From a virus (Duplodnaviria; Caudoviricetes): 64,000 nt of DNA. The stretch's first letter is position 1; every line of letters begins with the position of its first letter. The stretch spans positions 4,425-68,424 of the IMG/VR virus record IMGVR_UViG_2928510474_000005; one strand, written 5' to 3'. Below, one piece after another: positions 1 through 9,144 of this stretch. Under the pieces are notes generated by a model. The model saw nothing but the letters and a program-made list of their open reading frames with translations. It was not told the DNA's origin and did no database searches. Both the position numbers and the translations under genes were made by a program.

Positions 1-7
1 GATTGGT

Positions 8-844
8 TTGCGAAATAGAGAAAGGGCGGAGATACCGTTGAATGAACAGTATATCAACAAAGTTATAACGGGGGATAACGTAGAGTTAATGGGCGAGTTG
101 GCGGAGGGGAGTGTAGATTTGACGGTTACTTCGCCTCCATACGATGACCTACGGAAATATAATGGATACTCATTCAACTTTGAAGTAGTCGCGCAGGAGC
201 TGTATCGCGTAACTAAAGCCGGCGGGGTAGTCGTTTGGGTTGTAGGTGATGCGACAAAAAACGGAAGTGAAAGCGGAAACTCATTTAGGCAGGCGCTATT
301 CTTTATGGAACTCGGATTCAAACTTTACGACACGATGATATATAAGAAAGACAATCCACTGCCCCAAAATCATCGTCGCTATGAGCAAGAATTCGAATAT
401 ATGTTTATCTTATCGAAAGGCGTTCCTAAGACGTTTAATCCGGTATTGATAGAATGTAAAACAGTTGGCCAAAAATACGACTACTCCAAACGAGGCGGAG
501 TGGCCACTTTATCCGAAGTTAACCCGGCAGTTAGAAATAAGGCTGAAGTGCATACAACTAAGTCGCATAAAACTAAAGGGAACATATGGGGCTATCTCGT
601 TGGTATGCATAAGAGTACAAGCGATAAGATTGCTTTTCAACATCCGGCCATCTTCCCTGAACAGTTGGTCAACGATCATATCCTATCGTGGTCAAACGAA
701 GGAGATACCGTTCTTGACCCGTTCGGAGGAAGTGGAACAACTGCGAAGATGGCGGTAATCAACGAACGCAGATTTATCCACATCGATGTAAGTGGAGAGT
801 ATAACGAAATCGCACGTCAGAGGATAGGCGAGGTGCTAGGCTAA
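8..844 (+). CDS. Site-specific DNA methyltransferase, beta class (N4-cytosine/N6-adenine)
   Basis: Catalytic TSPPY near the N-terminus, HPAIFP, and SAM-binding VLDPFGGSGTT near the C-terminus (beta motif order). True start may be the TTG at 38. Confidence 0.92.
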   Translation: MRNRERAEIPLNEQYINKVITGDNVELMGELAEGSVDLTVTSPPYDDLRKYNGYSFNFEVVAQELYRVTKAGGVVVWVVGDATKNGSESGNSFRQALFFMELGFKLYDTMIYKKDNPLPQNHRRYEQEFEYMFILSKGVPKTFNPVLIECKTVGQKYDYSKRGGVATLSEVNPAVRNKAEVHTTKSHKTKGNIWGYLVGMHKSTSDKIAFQHPAIFPEQLVNDHILSWSNEGDTVLDPFGGSGTTAKMAVINERRFIHIDVSGEYNEIARQRIGEVLG

Positions 845-1329
845 TGACAATCGAAGAATTAACGGAAATCGCATCGACGTTCCTCCGTGATAACTACGCT
901 ATGGACCTCGACATACCCATCGTGCGGAATAATCGATTGCGGACGGTAATGGGCCGATTTATAAGCGCTTATAGAGGCGGGGCAACTAGAATCGAAATTG
1001 CCGGATTCGTCATCGAGCACGGGGATCGGGGAATCATTATAGATACGCTTTATCACGAATGCATACACTACGCGCTATTCGAACGCGGCGAGCCAAACGA
1101 CGACGGACATCCGCATTTCGAATCGGAATTACGGGAGCATAGCGTAGGATCGTCGGGAATTAATAGAGTCGGTCCGTACATCGAATATACGTGCTCCGAT
1201 TGCGGAAAAGAGGCGCAAGCACGCGGAAGACGGCTATTACGTGATTACCGCGACCGAGTGACCTTCTGCTGCGGAGCGAGCATAGAAATCGTAGGCGAAC
1301 GTATTTACAACGGAACGGAGGCGGTCTAA
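844..1329 (+). CDS. SprT-like zinc metalloprotease
   Basis: HExxH in TLYHECIHYAL, downstream GHPHF and C-terminal CxxC...CC. Confidence 0.8.
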   Translation: MTIEELTEIASTFLRDNYAMDLDIPIVRNNRLRTVMGRFISAYRGGATRIEIAGFVIEHGDRGIIIDTLYHECIHYALFERGEPNDDGHPHFESELREHSVGSSGINRVGPYIEYTCSDCGKEAQARGRRLLRDYRDRVTFCCGASIEIVGERIYNGTEAV

Positions 1330-2060
1330 TGGCGCAAAAATGTATTCTCGCTGACAAGCGGAAAGACGGTTGCTCGACGTGTGCCCCGCTATGCCAAAAC
1401 CGGATAGCCCTCGAAGGCATGAACGGCGACGGCGGACGGATTGCAGCGGCGAATCTACCGAAGGAATATCGGCATGCGACGTTAGCAAACTCGCCGGCCC
1501 GCGAAGCACAAGCGAAAGTATACACGGCGCTCGAACGGTATGCGGATTTATTTACGGAAGGAACCGACAAGTCAGCGTATTTATGGTCGGAGTCGCCCGG
1601 AACAGGAAAAACGACGTCGGCTGCGGCGCTTGCAATCGAGTGGATCACGCGGCAATATATCGGCTCACTTAGGAAAGGCGAGCAGCCGGCGCAATTGTTA
1701 GCGTATTTCTTAGACGTAAATTCGTGGCAAGAGTTATATACGGGATTCAATCGCCCGAAAATACCGGAAGCTACGGCGGAGAAGAATAGCCGGATATATT
1801 ATCGCCAGATGGAATTAGCGAAACGAGCGCCCTTCGCAGTATTCGACGATTTGGGAGTGCGTGAAGCGACCGATGGATTCAGGCAAGATTTACACTCCGT
1901 AATTAATTACCGTGTGACTAACGGATTGCCAAGCGTCTATACATCGAATCTACCGATTAAGGAGATGGCGACAGTTTTCGATTCTCGATTATACGACAGA
2001 ATTCGTGATAATTGCGGGGAGATTCATTTCGAAGGCGCGTCGAAAAGGGGGCGGAGATAA
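1329..2060 (+). CDS. DnaC/IstB-like AAA+ helicase loader
   Basis: Walker A ESPGTGKT, Walker B VFDDLG, YTSNL, RLYDRI; Cys-rich N-terminus. Confidence 0.88.
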   Translation: MAQKCILADKRKDGCSTCAPLCQNRIALEGMNGDGGRIAAANLPKEYRHATLANSPAREAQAKVYTALERYADLFTEGTDKSAYLWSESPGTGKTTSAAALAIEWITRQYIGSLRKGEQPAQLLAYFLDVNSWQELYTGFNRPKIPEATAEKNSRIYYRQMELAKRAPFAVFDDLGVREATDGFRQDLHSVINYRVTNGLPSVYTSNLPIKEMATVFDSRLYDRIRDNCGEIHFEGASKRGRR

Positions 2061-2224
2061 TCGCAATAATCATCGGAAATATAGCGGCAACCATCTGCGT
2101 AATCAGCACGGGCATAGCGCTGTACTATGTAAACGCAACGAATAACACGCGACGCAAACTACAGTGGTTCGGCGTAATGTTCGTCGCGCTGGTGATTGCG
2201 TACGCTACGATACCGTTTAGGTAA
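2012..2224 (+). CDS. Small membrane protein (2 TM)
   Basis: Two hydrophobic segments; fits operon packing; start uncertain. Confidence 0.5.
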   Translation: MRGDSFRRRVEKGAEIIAIIIGNIAATICVISTGIALYYVNATNNTRRKLQWFGVMFVALVIAYATIPFR

Positions 2225-2245
2225 ATACGAAAGGGGACGGAATAA

Positions 2246-2440
2246 ATGCCATTCTTACAGATATTCGGAACGATGGCGTTAATTATAATTATCGTAGTTG
2301 CTATCGGCTTTATAGTGCTTGGCACGTTGTATAAGGTATTTCATCTGATACTCAAACATATGCCCGAGTGGTGTGTCGTAATTTATGTAGCGGCCGTCGT
2401 ATTATTAGCGTTCTCGTCGATAATATATTTCTCACAATGA
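2246..2440 (+). CDS. Small membrane protein (2 TM)
   Basis: SD AAAGGGG upstream; hydrophobic 64 aa. Confidence 0.65.
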   Translation: MPFLQIFGTMALIIIIVVAIGFIVLGTLYKVFHLILKHMPEWCVVIYVAAVVLLAFSSIIYFSQ

Positions 2441-2459
2441 AACGAAAGGAGGTAATCGG

Positions 2460-2969
2460 ATGAATCACGAAATCAAGCCGGTAGCAACGTTCAACGACCT
2501 CGTAAATGTCGCCGGTTACGGAAATCACCTTTTCGCAGTCGAAGCGTACTATTATGAATACTACTATGAGCCTGACGCCGAATTAACCGAAGTTGTCTAC
2601 GACTTAACGTGCGTATACGGCGACAGCGGCTATATTATCGGCGACCAATCGGACGTAACGCTCGCATGTAAAGCGGGAAAAGCAGACGTGTTCTTGCAAG
2701 CGTATAAGCCAGCGCCATCAGCCGAAGTCATGCCGTCATGGATGCGTGGGATAAATTTCGCAATAGGAAACGGAGGAATCGATATGGCGAAGCCGACGAA
2801 AGTAGCGAAGGTAAAGGTGCCCACGAAGCGGCAACGAATCGATGCGCTATTGGACGAAAGAAACGACGTAGGAAGTACGGACGGATTTGTACCAACGCAG
2901 GACGCGGAATATAAACAGCGTAGGCATGACGAAATTGACGCGAAGCTGAAGGAGTTGACGGCGGGATGA
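2460..2969 (+). CDS. Hypothetical phage protein
   Basis: SD AAAGGAGG; 169 aa; operon packing. Confidence 0.75.
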   Translation: MNHEIKPVATFNDLVNVAGYGNHLFAVEAYYYEYYYEPDAELTEVVYDLTCVYGDSGYIIGDQSDVTLACKAGKADVFLQAYKPAPSAEVMPSWMRGINFAIGNGGIDMAKPTKVAKVKVPTKRQRIDALLDERNDVGSTDGFVPTQDAEYKQRRHDEIDAKLKELTAG

Positions 2970-3484
2970 ATATCGACCTAGCGAAAATACGACCGGCAGA
3001 AGACGGCGAATCCGATAAGTATAGCTAGGAATTGTTCCGATTCTTGCGCCGAGAACTCCGAACCAAACTCGCACAGGCGAATATCCGCATTTACTTTATA
3101 ACATGGAGTAAATGGGACGGTAGCCACTCGGGGTTCGACGAAAACATTCCGCTAGGAATCGGGCAGATAGCGATATCACCGCGATGGGGACGTACTGCCG
3201 GATTCTTTCTCGACTCGATAATGGGAGGACGTGGCGCTACCGAATTCTCATTAAGCGTATATCACGACGAAGAACTCGTAGATATTACGGAATGGTTCTT
3301 CGAGCGATACGAACGTATGGGACGCTGTATCTTTTGGGGACACGGTACGCGGACGTGGTTAGTCGGAGATAAGAAACGATACACCGTAATAAATAATACG
3401 CGCCGATGCGATTGGTGCGGGACTTGGCAGAAGCGCGAAGTTGTAACGAAAAAGACGATTGAACGTATCGAAACGTGGACATAA
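2966..3484 (+). pseudogene. Hypothetical gene interrupted by an in-frame TAG (3026-3028)
   Basis: ATG at 2966 overlaps the upstream stop (ATGA) and is in frame with track ORF 3032..3484; reads ...DKYS*ELFRFLRR. Confidence 0.5.
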
Positions 3485-3499
3485 AAGGAGGCGAGCACA

Positions 3500-4867
3500 A
3501 TCGAATTTGCGAAGCTTATTTTAAATAAAGTCGTAGAAGACGGCACTACTACGCCACTAACGCGCCACCAAATAACGCTTGCCGATATGCACTCGGATGT
3601 GGATCGGGCGACATATAAGTTTATTACGGAATACGCGGCGGAAAACGCCGGTAAAGCACCGTCTTACTTAATTGTCGCAGCATCTGTCGAAGGCTTCGAA
3701 TACTTACCGGAAGTCAGCGACGCATACACGCACCTAGCGAAGAAACTAAAGGAATATTCCGCGCTGCAAATGATTGTTGCGATGTTACAACGGAAAAGCG
3801 ATTCGGATTATTCACCGTTTGAACGGGCGTTAAATGATCTCGGCGCGGAACGTTTCATTAACGAATGGCTTCCGGCACAAGTAAGCGGAATACAGGCGAA
3901 GACTAACGTAATGCAATCAGTCGGAACCGATATTAAAACGCAAGGTGCCGACTTCTTGGCGGAATATCTCGACCGAAAAGCAGGCACGTCGTTTAAGCTA
4001 TGGAAATCGAAGTTTCCGCGAATCAACGATCAAATCGGCGGCTATTTCAGCGGCAATATGTATACGTGGTACGGACGGTCAGGACGCGGTAAATCCGTTT
4101 TCACAATGGAAGAAATTATCGAAAGTGCGTTTCAAGGGGCGAACGTTCTCGTATGGGCCATGGAAATGTCGCGATTCGAATGGATGGCGCGGGCCTACTC
4201 GACGATTAGCGCAAGGATCAGCGATACCATCGAGAAAGTAGATGGCGTTGATTACGAGGTAGGATTCGAGAATAGGGCGCTGCTGACCGGTAAACTATCG
4301 GAAGGCTTCGAGGCAGGGCTTCGAATATTCGTCGAGCAACTGGCGAAAGGCGAGATTTTACCGGGGAATATCGTACTGCGAGCGGCGGATGATTCCGACT
4401 TCATTAATCGCGATACGAAGCAACTAGAATCGGATATATTGACGACTAAGGCTGACGTCGTACTTATAGATCCGATATACCTCATGGACTTCGACGCTAA
4501 TACTTCGAGGGTAGCCGGTGGCGACGTAGCGAATACGTCAAAGAGAATTCGCAGACTTGCCGGAACTGAGAAAGCGGTGGTTCACGTCGTAACGCAGGCG
4601 GAAGAAGTTCGCGATGATACGGACGAGGAAGGCAATCGCGAATTGAGACCTCCGAAACGGGCGGAAATAAAGAAAACGAAAGCAGTTTTGGAGGACGCGG
4701 CGAATACTTTCGGGATAGATTCGCTCGACGGCGAGGGCATCATAGAAATTGGTAAAGGCCGAAACGGAGGCGAGGGAACGCAGATTAACGTTTTATATCT
4801 TCCTAACTTCGGAATCGTGAAGGAGATGGAAACAGGCGAAGCGGTTGCGGCAGACTTCCTGTTTTAA
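3500..4867 (+). CDS. Replicative DNA helicase (DnaB/SF4), probable ATC start
   Basis: Walker A YGRSGRGKS, AMEM, VVLIDPIY, VTQ, GKGRNG. SD AAAGGAGG at 3484-3491 precedes an in-frame ATC at 3500, 29 codons before the ATG at 3587. Confidence 0.9.
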   Translation: MEFAKLILNKVVEDGTTTPLTRHQITLADMHSDVDRATYKFITEYAAENAGKAPSYLIVAASVEGFEYLPEVSDAYTHLAKKLKEYSALQMIVAMLQRKSDSDYSPFERALNDLGAERFINEWLPAQVSGIQAKTNVMQSVGTDIKTQGADFLAEYLDRKAGTSFKLWKSKFPRINDQIGGYFSGNMYTWYGRSGRGKSVFTMEEIIESAFQGANVLVWAMEMSRFEWMARAYSTISARISDTIEKVDGVDYEVGFENRALLTGKLSEGFEAGLRIFVEQLAKGEILPGNIVLRAADDSDFINRDTKQLESDILTTKADVVLIDPIYLMDFDANTSRVAGGDVANTSKRIRRLAGTEKAVVHVVTQAEEVRDDTDEEGNRELRPPKRAEIKKTKAVLEDAANTFGIDSLDGEGIIEIGKGRNGGEGTQINVLYLPNFGIVKEMETGEAVAADFLF

Positions 4868-4944
4868 AGGTAGATTACAGTGGATGGGATTTTTGCTTTG
4901 GTAGTTCGGGAAAGGCCGTGCTACGATACATCTACCGGAAAACG

Positions 4945-5035
4945 TGTATACCCTAATTACGTCTAGATCAAACAATCTTAGGGTATACAGAGGTAAAGAC
5001 GTATCGTCCAGATTTTCTATCTATTTACGTCTAGA
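4945..5035. repeat. 12-bp inverted repeat plus 11-bp direct repeats; candidate replication origin
   Basis: TGTATACCCTAA 4945-4956 / TTAGGGTATACA 4978-4989; TTACGTCTAGA at 4957-4967 and 5025-5035; non-coding gap between helicase and primase. Confidence 0.55.
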
Positions 5036-5134
5036 ACACAACGAGTCATGATGAGAGTCCGCAAGATAAAAATAAATCGGACAGGGAAAGAATATCGAAA
5101 AACGGCGCGCTATAATAAAGGGAGGATGTAAAAA

Positions 5135-5377
5135 ATGATAAAACCTTATTTTAAAAATAAACATGACGCAACCGTAGTAGAGGTTGAAGATTTCGGCGTT
5201 ATCAGATTAGACAACTTGCCAGTTAGAGTTCGCGAAGATAGGAAGGGTAAGTATGAAATAGGTTGGGTTCTTACTCACAAAGAAGGAAAAGAAGAGCACG
5301 TTTTATCTGAATATGGCGGGAGAAGTTCTTTTGACTTTGGTGGTAGAAATCTAGGTGTTGTTCGAGAAATAGAATAA
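5135..5377 (+). CDS. Hypothetical protein
   Basis: SD AAAGGGAGG and a TATAAT upstream; more AT-rich than flanks. Confidence 0.7.
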   Translation: MIKPYFKNKHDATVVEVEDFGVIRLDNLPVRVREDRKGKYEIGWVLTHKEGKEEHVLSEYGGRSSFDFGGRNLGVVREIE

Positions 5378-5431
5378 TGGCTATTGAACATACCGAACAA
5401 ACCACGCAATAAATAAGGAGGTAATCGCAAC

Positions 5432-6433
5432 ATGCCGATAATCCGAATCGGGCCACACGAAGTTGACATCGACATAACCGCAGAACTCGAAGGCTACGAT
5501 TGGGGCTACAACGCTCGATGGTCCGCGGACAAGCTTATCGCGGACAGCCCGTTTCGCCACGATAGTACGCCGTCCTTCTACGTTAACCTTACCGGCGATT
5601 ATGCAGGCGTGTTCGGTGACTCAGGCGCAGTCGACGACGATTACGTATCGGGCGGCATCGTTAAACTACTGGCGTACTTGCGCGGCGAAGGCGAGGCTGA
5701 AACGGCGGACTACTTACTATCGGAATACGGTCGCCTCTATACTGACGCCGAAGATATCCGATTGCCGGCGCTGAATATTCGCAAGCGCACGAAATACCGA
5801 ACACTAGCGCCTGACATCGTAACGCAAGCGACTAGCCCGTATCTATTAACGCGAGGCATTTCGCCGGAAGCACAGCGGCAATACGGCGTCGGCTATGGCG
5901 CAACATTAGCCGGATACACCGCAATGCCGTGGTATTCGCCGGATGGTCGGCTTGCTAACGTTAAGTATCGATCGACGACGGGTAAACGATTCTTTTACGA
6001 AAAGGGAGCGACGCCGATACGTCAGTTAGTTTACGGGCTGAACGTTGTAAATGCGAACAGGTCGGAGATGGCCGTCATTAATGAGGCGGAAATCGATGTA
6101 CAATCGTGGGCAGTTGCGGGTGTTCCGGCGATTGCTTGCGGAGGTAGTTCGATTAGCCACGAACAGATAGACGCGATTAAGCGAAGTAGTATTCGCAAAT
6201 TGCTGCTAGGCGGCGATAATGATGCGGCGGGACAGCGGTTAAATGCAGAAGTAAAGCGGCTATTAAGCGGTTATGTCGAGCTATACGACGTGGACTACGG
6301 TAGGCACAACGACGCAAACGACATTTTGGAATCGCAAGGAACCGATGGCCTACGTCAATTGTCAAACTTTACCGTGACGAAATTGCGCGATAACGGTTTA
6401 CATTTCCGTAATCTTCCTGTAATATTATCGTAA
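5432..6433 (+). CDS. DNA primase (TOPRIM)
   Basis: SPFRHDSTPSF degenerate Zn-ribbon region, NVKYRS, INEAEIDV, GGDNDAAG, NDAND. Confidence 0.92.
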   Translation: MPIIRIGPHEVDIDITAELEGYDWGYNARWSADKLIADSPFRHDSTPSFYVNLTGDYAGVFGDSGAVDDDYVSGGIVKLLAYLRGEGEAETADYLLSEYGRLYTDAEDIRLPALNIRKRTKYRTLAPDIVTQATSPYLLTRGISPEAQRQYGVGYGATLAGYTAMPWYSPDGRLANVKYRSTTGKRFFYEKGATPIRQLVYGLNVVNANRSEMAVINEAEIDVQSWAVAGVPAIACGGSSISHEQIDAIKRSSIRKLLLGGDNDAAGQRLNAEVKRLLSGYVELYDVDYGRHNDANDILESQGTDGLRQLSNFTVTKLRDNGLHFRNLPVILS

Positions 6434-6435
6434 CG

Positions 6436-6449
6436 CTAACGTATGTTCG
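6436..6449. promoter_or_regulatory. Candidate LexA/DinR (SOS) box
   Basis: CTAACGTATGTTCG, one mismatch to Bacillus CGAAC-N4-GTTCG; just downstream of TTTACA(6397-6402)-17-TAATAT(6420-6425). Confidence 0.4.
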
Positions 6450-6514
6450 GTTGAGTGTTCGCTCACTGTTCGACTAGACGGGCGGAAAGAATCCCGTCTG
6501 CAACCGACATTATG

Positions 6515-6724
6515 TTACGCGCGCCTGTAATCGTAGAGATCATCGAGCGAACAATGCAATATAATCGCAAATTGGGCGGCAACGTCGATGGACATTACGA
6601 CTTTATTATTCTCGTACGCTGAAATACGAGAGCGGTCGACGCCCGAAATAACTTCGAGTTGACGCTGCGATAAACCTTGCGAGAGGCGCCGGTTGCGAAG
6701 TAAACAACGCAACTGAACGTCGAT
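6515..6724 (-). CDS. XRE-family HTH regulator, probable ATC start
   Basis: LSQRQLEVISGVDRSRISAYENN...CSLDDLY. SD GGAGGTG (6738-6732) lies 7 nt before an in-frame ATC at 6724; track start is the TTG at 6712. Confidence 0.85.
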   Translation of the reverse strand: MDVQLRCLLRNRRLSQGLSQRQLEVISGVDRSRISAYENNKVVMSIDVAAQFAIILHCSLDDLYDYRRA

Positions 6725-6780
6725 AGCCGTACACCTCCGAGGACTATCGTACCATAAAACGGTAATTTAGGGTGACATAA

Positions 6781-6817
6781 AAAGACGCCGGAAGCTGCGT
6801 TAGCCTCGGCGTCTTAT
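6781..6817. terminator. Intrinsic terminator between the two HTH genes
   Basis: AAGACGCCG...CGGCGTCTT stem; the A-run on the left gives a U-tail on the minus strand. Confidence 0.7.
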
Positions 6818-6830
6818 GTAGCGGGCGATA

Positions 6831-7034
6831 TTAGTCTTTCGTGATGCGGACGACCTGTTCGATTGAGAGATCGAAGTAAGTGCAGATGTTTTCGATTTGC
6901 TTCAAGTTAACCGGAACACCTTTCCGGATATGGCGTGCGGCAAAATCAGTCAATACCTCTAATTCAACGAGTTTTTGTAAAGAGTAACCTTTCTTATCAA
7001 GAAAATCATGTAATGGGCTATAAGATACGGACAA
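6831..7034 (-). CDS. Cro/C1-type HTH regulator (candidate repressor)
   Basis: SYSPL...IRKGVPVNLKQIENICTYFDLSIEQVV; SD AAGGAGGTG then TTG at 7034; divergent from the sigma gene. Confidence 0.82.
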   Translation of the reverse strand: MSVSYSPLHDFLDKKGYSLQKLVELEVLTDFAARHIRKGVPVNLKQIENICTYFDLSIEQVVRITKD

Positions 7035-7055
7035 CGTTAACACCTCCTTAATTTC

Positions 7056-7134
7056 ATTATACGTTGATAATCAACATAAGTAAATAGCTAAATAAAACAA
7101 TTTACGTTGACTTTCAACAGAATCGGAGTATACT
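7056..7134. promoter_or_regulatory. Divergent sigmaA promoters with two palindromic operators GTTGA-N3-TCAAC
   Basis: Operators 7063-7075 and 7106-7118; rightward TTGACT(7107)-16-TATACT(7129); leftward -10 TATAAT at 7061-7056. Confidence 0.72.
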
Positions 7135-7162
7135 AAAAGAAAAATAGATTATTTTATAAATA

Positions 7163-7190
7163 ACTCCGCACTACGGATTACAGAACGATA
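7163..7190 (+). promoter_or_regulatory. Putative phage-sigma promoter, copy 1
   Basis: ACTCCGCAC-N12-AACGATA upstream of the sigma gene itself. Confidence 0.75.
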
Positions 7191-7213
7191 ATACTATTAT
7201 AGGAGGCAACAAC

Positions 7214-7840
7214 ATGACAATTGAATTAGCAATGGACAAGTATCAAGCGACGAAATGCGAAGTCGCGTTCGGTGAATTATACGCGCATATATACGAAGGT
7301 AGTCGGAAGTTGGTAAGGACGTTCTCCAGAAAGTACGCGGTTGATGAATCGGATGTCGAATCGATGATAAACGAAAAGATTCTCACTATCGCCGATAAAT
7401 TCGACAGTTCCCGAGGTAAATTTAAAAACGCAGTGTTTAGCGCAGTAAAGTATGGGTGTATCGACTTAGCAAGAAAGCGAACAACGGAGGCAAAGTATCG
7501 AACCGGAGTCATGTACGAAGATGACGACGGAGTATTAAACGAAGTTTATGAAATCATCGCGGTTGCGTCAACAACCGACGAAGAGGACATTATCGCAGAA
7601 TTAAAAAAACGCGACCAGCGTCAACTGATCACGTTCCTACTATCGAATGCTAACGACCCGACTCTCACATCAGCGTCAGCATTCATTGAAACAGATTCTT
7701 ACCGAAAAGCAGCCAAGCAAATCGGAAGTACCGACAAAACAGTAAAATCGCGAATCCGTAAACTATCTAAACGATACGATGTTAATCTTCATGGAAGTTA
7801 TTACGACTACTTCACGGCGCCTACTGTATATGTCGGCTAA
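7214..7840 (+). CDS. Phage RNA polymerase sigma-70 family factor
   Basis: Region-2-like DVESMINEKILTIADKFDSSRGKFKNAV...IDLARK; region-4 HTH SYRKAAKQIGSTDKTVKSRIRK. Confidence 0.85.
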   Translation: MTIELAMDKYQATKCEVAFGELYAHIYEGSRKLVRTFSRKYAVDESDVESMINEKILTIADKFDSSRGKFKNAVFSAVKYGCIDLARKRTTEAKYRTGVMYEDDDGVLNEVYEIIAVASTTDEEDIIAELKKRDQRQLITFLLSNANDPTLTSASAFIETDSYRKAAKQIGSTDKTVKSRIRKLSKRYDVNLHGSYYDYFTAPTVYVG

Positions 7841-8028
7841 ATAATGAGGGTGTATTTAACTACGCCTTCTAACGCTAATATAACATATCTTTATTCAATC
7901 ATCAATCGATAGTTGCCAACTTTACGTTGGAAGTTGTTACTAATATATACGGATGGGACGCCGGAAGGTTTCAAATACTCGCGCCGTCCCTCGAATTAAA
8001 AATCATAATCCAATCGGGGGTTTACGAA

Positions 8029-8199
8029 ATGTCTCACGACTCTACTTATTATACACGAAACGACGACGAAGTATACGCGCAATTGCGAAATAATTTAAAC
8101 GAATCGAAATCGACGTTCCTTCTATATAACGGTGCACTCGAAACCGACGAAGATCCGGCGGACTATTCAACGCCAATTAGGGCGGTGAGAATCGCATGA
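8029..8199 (+). CDS. Small hypothetical protein
   Basis: ATG at 8029 with GGGGG SD, within track ORF 7927..8199; ATGA coupling to the next gene. Confidence 0.55.
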   Translation: MSHDSTYYTRNDDEVYAQLRNNLNESKSTFLLYNGALETDEDPADYSTPIRAVRIA

Positions 8200-8816
8200 C
8201 GCTACGTAAACTTAAATACCGTCCAGCAGCGCACGCAATCGAACGGCTACGCGAATACTTCGGCGTAAAGGAAATACACGCGTTAGACTTCTCAAATGAA
8301 TCGATGGTTAAAGCGCAGTTTGTAACGAATCAAACGGACGGTCGCCGACTATATAAAAACGACGACCTCGACGTCATGATCGTAGTCGCCGAAGATAACA
8401 CGATTATTACGTACTTGCCGGCGCCGGATAAACGTAGGGAAATCAAACGGACTGGCAAGCCGCTGAATCCGGCAGTTAAGACGCAGGAAACGCTAGTATC
8501 GATTGGCAACAATCCCGTAATCGCAGCAGCACACGCAACAATCCAACGCGAATTGGCGAAGGCTCGACGTAGTTTCACGCGAGAATATCGCCGGCTGACC
8601 GAAGAAATCGCAGTCATCGGATTGGAAATCGCAAGGCATTCGCTAAATAAAGCGCGTGCAAGGTCGCCGATTACGCAGCAACAAATCACGGAGAAGGTTT
8701 CGGAAATACACGCCGAGCAGACGCAGCTGGCGGAACAGCGCAAGCAACTGGAAACGGAATACCGCGCGATTAAGACCGAGGCGCAACAGTTTATCGGAAT
8801 GGAGGTGAGCGTATGA
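8196..8816 (+). CDS. Hypothetical protein with coiled-coil C-terminus
   Basis: 206 aa, translationally coupled at both ends. Confidence 0.75.
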   Translation: MTLRKLKYRPAAHAIERLREYFGVKEIHALDFSNESMVKAQFVTNQTDGRRLYKNDDLDVMIVVAEDNTIITYLPAPDKRREIKRTGKPLNPAVKTQETLVSIGNNPVIAAAHATIQRELAKARRSFTREYRRLTEEIAVIGLEIARHSLNKARARSPITQQQITEKVSEIHAEQTQLAEQRKQLETEYRAIKTEAQQFIGMEVSV

Positions 8817-9028
8817 AAACCGTAAATGTAACGTATTTCAAGCCGAGCGGTAAGTATTATACGAGCGAAACGGAGGAAATATCGGAGGAATTGAACGGAT
8901 ACGAAGCGCTATTTACCGAAATTCCTAAGAGACACCGGATTAAGTCGATGTACATGCACGTATCCGATAGCGACGACGGAAAAGAGCCGCATATTGTACC
9001 GCATATATTCCATCCGATTGGCGAATGA
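8813..9028 (+). CDS. Hypothetical phage protein (YFKPSGKYY type)
   Basis: SD GGAGGTG; ATGA overlap. Confidence 0.72.
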   Translation: MKTVNVTYFKPSGKYYTSETEEISEELNGYEALFTEIPKRHRIKSMYMHVSDSDDGKEPHIVPHIFHPIGE

Positions 9029-9040
9029 GAAATGCCGGCG

Positions 9041-9144
9041 ACCAACGCTGGTTATTGTACACACCGGTTGCAATTCCGACGCTATGTCGGCTGACCGCGT
9101 AAAAGAAGCGCGCCTTTCCGGTGTGTACGATAACGAGCGTTGGT
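9041..9144 (+). other. Long hairpin / three-way-junction element upstream of ssb
   Basis: ACCAACGCT 9041-49 pairs with 9136-44; GTTATTGTACACACCGG 9051-67 pairs with 9118-34 (one G-T); inner hairpin CCGAC/GTCGG. Confidence 0.7.

Noticed and set aside
1160-1750. 196-aa minus-strand ORF and many similar antisense or alternate-frame ORFs (e.g. 8330-8743, 9551-9976, 11693-12073, 45501-46082, 57356-57739)
   Set aside because: They overlap well-supported + strand genes, lack SD sequences and motifs, and are expected shadows in CG-rich coding DNA.
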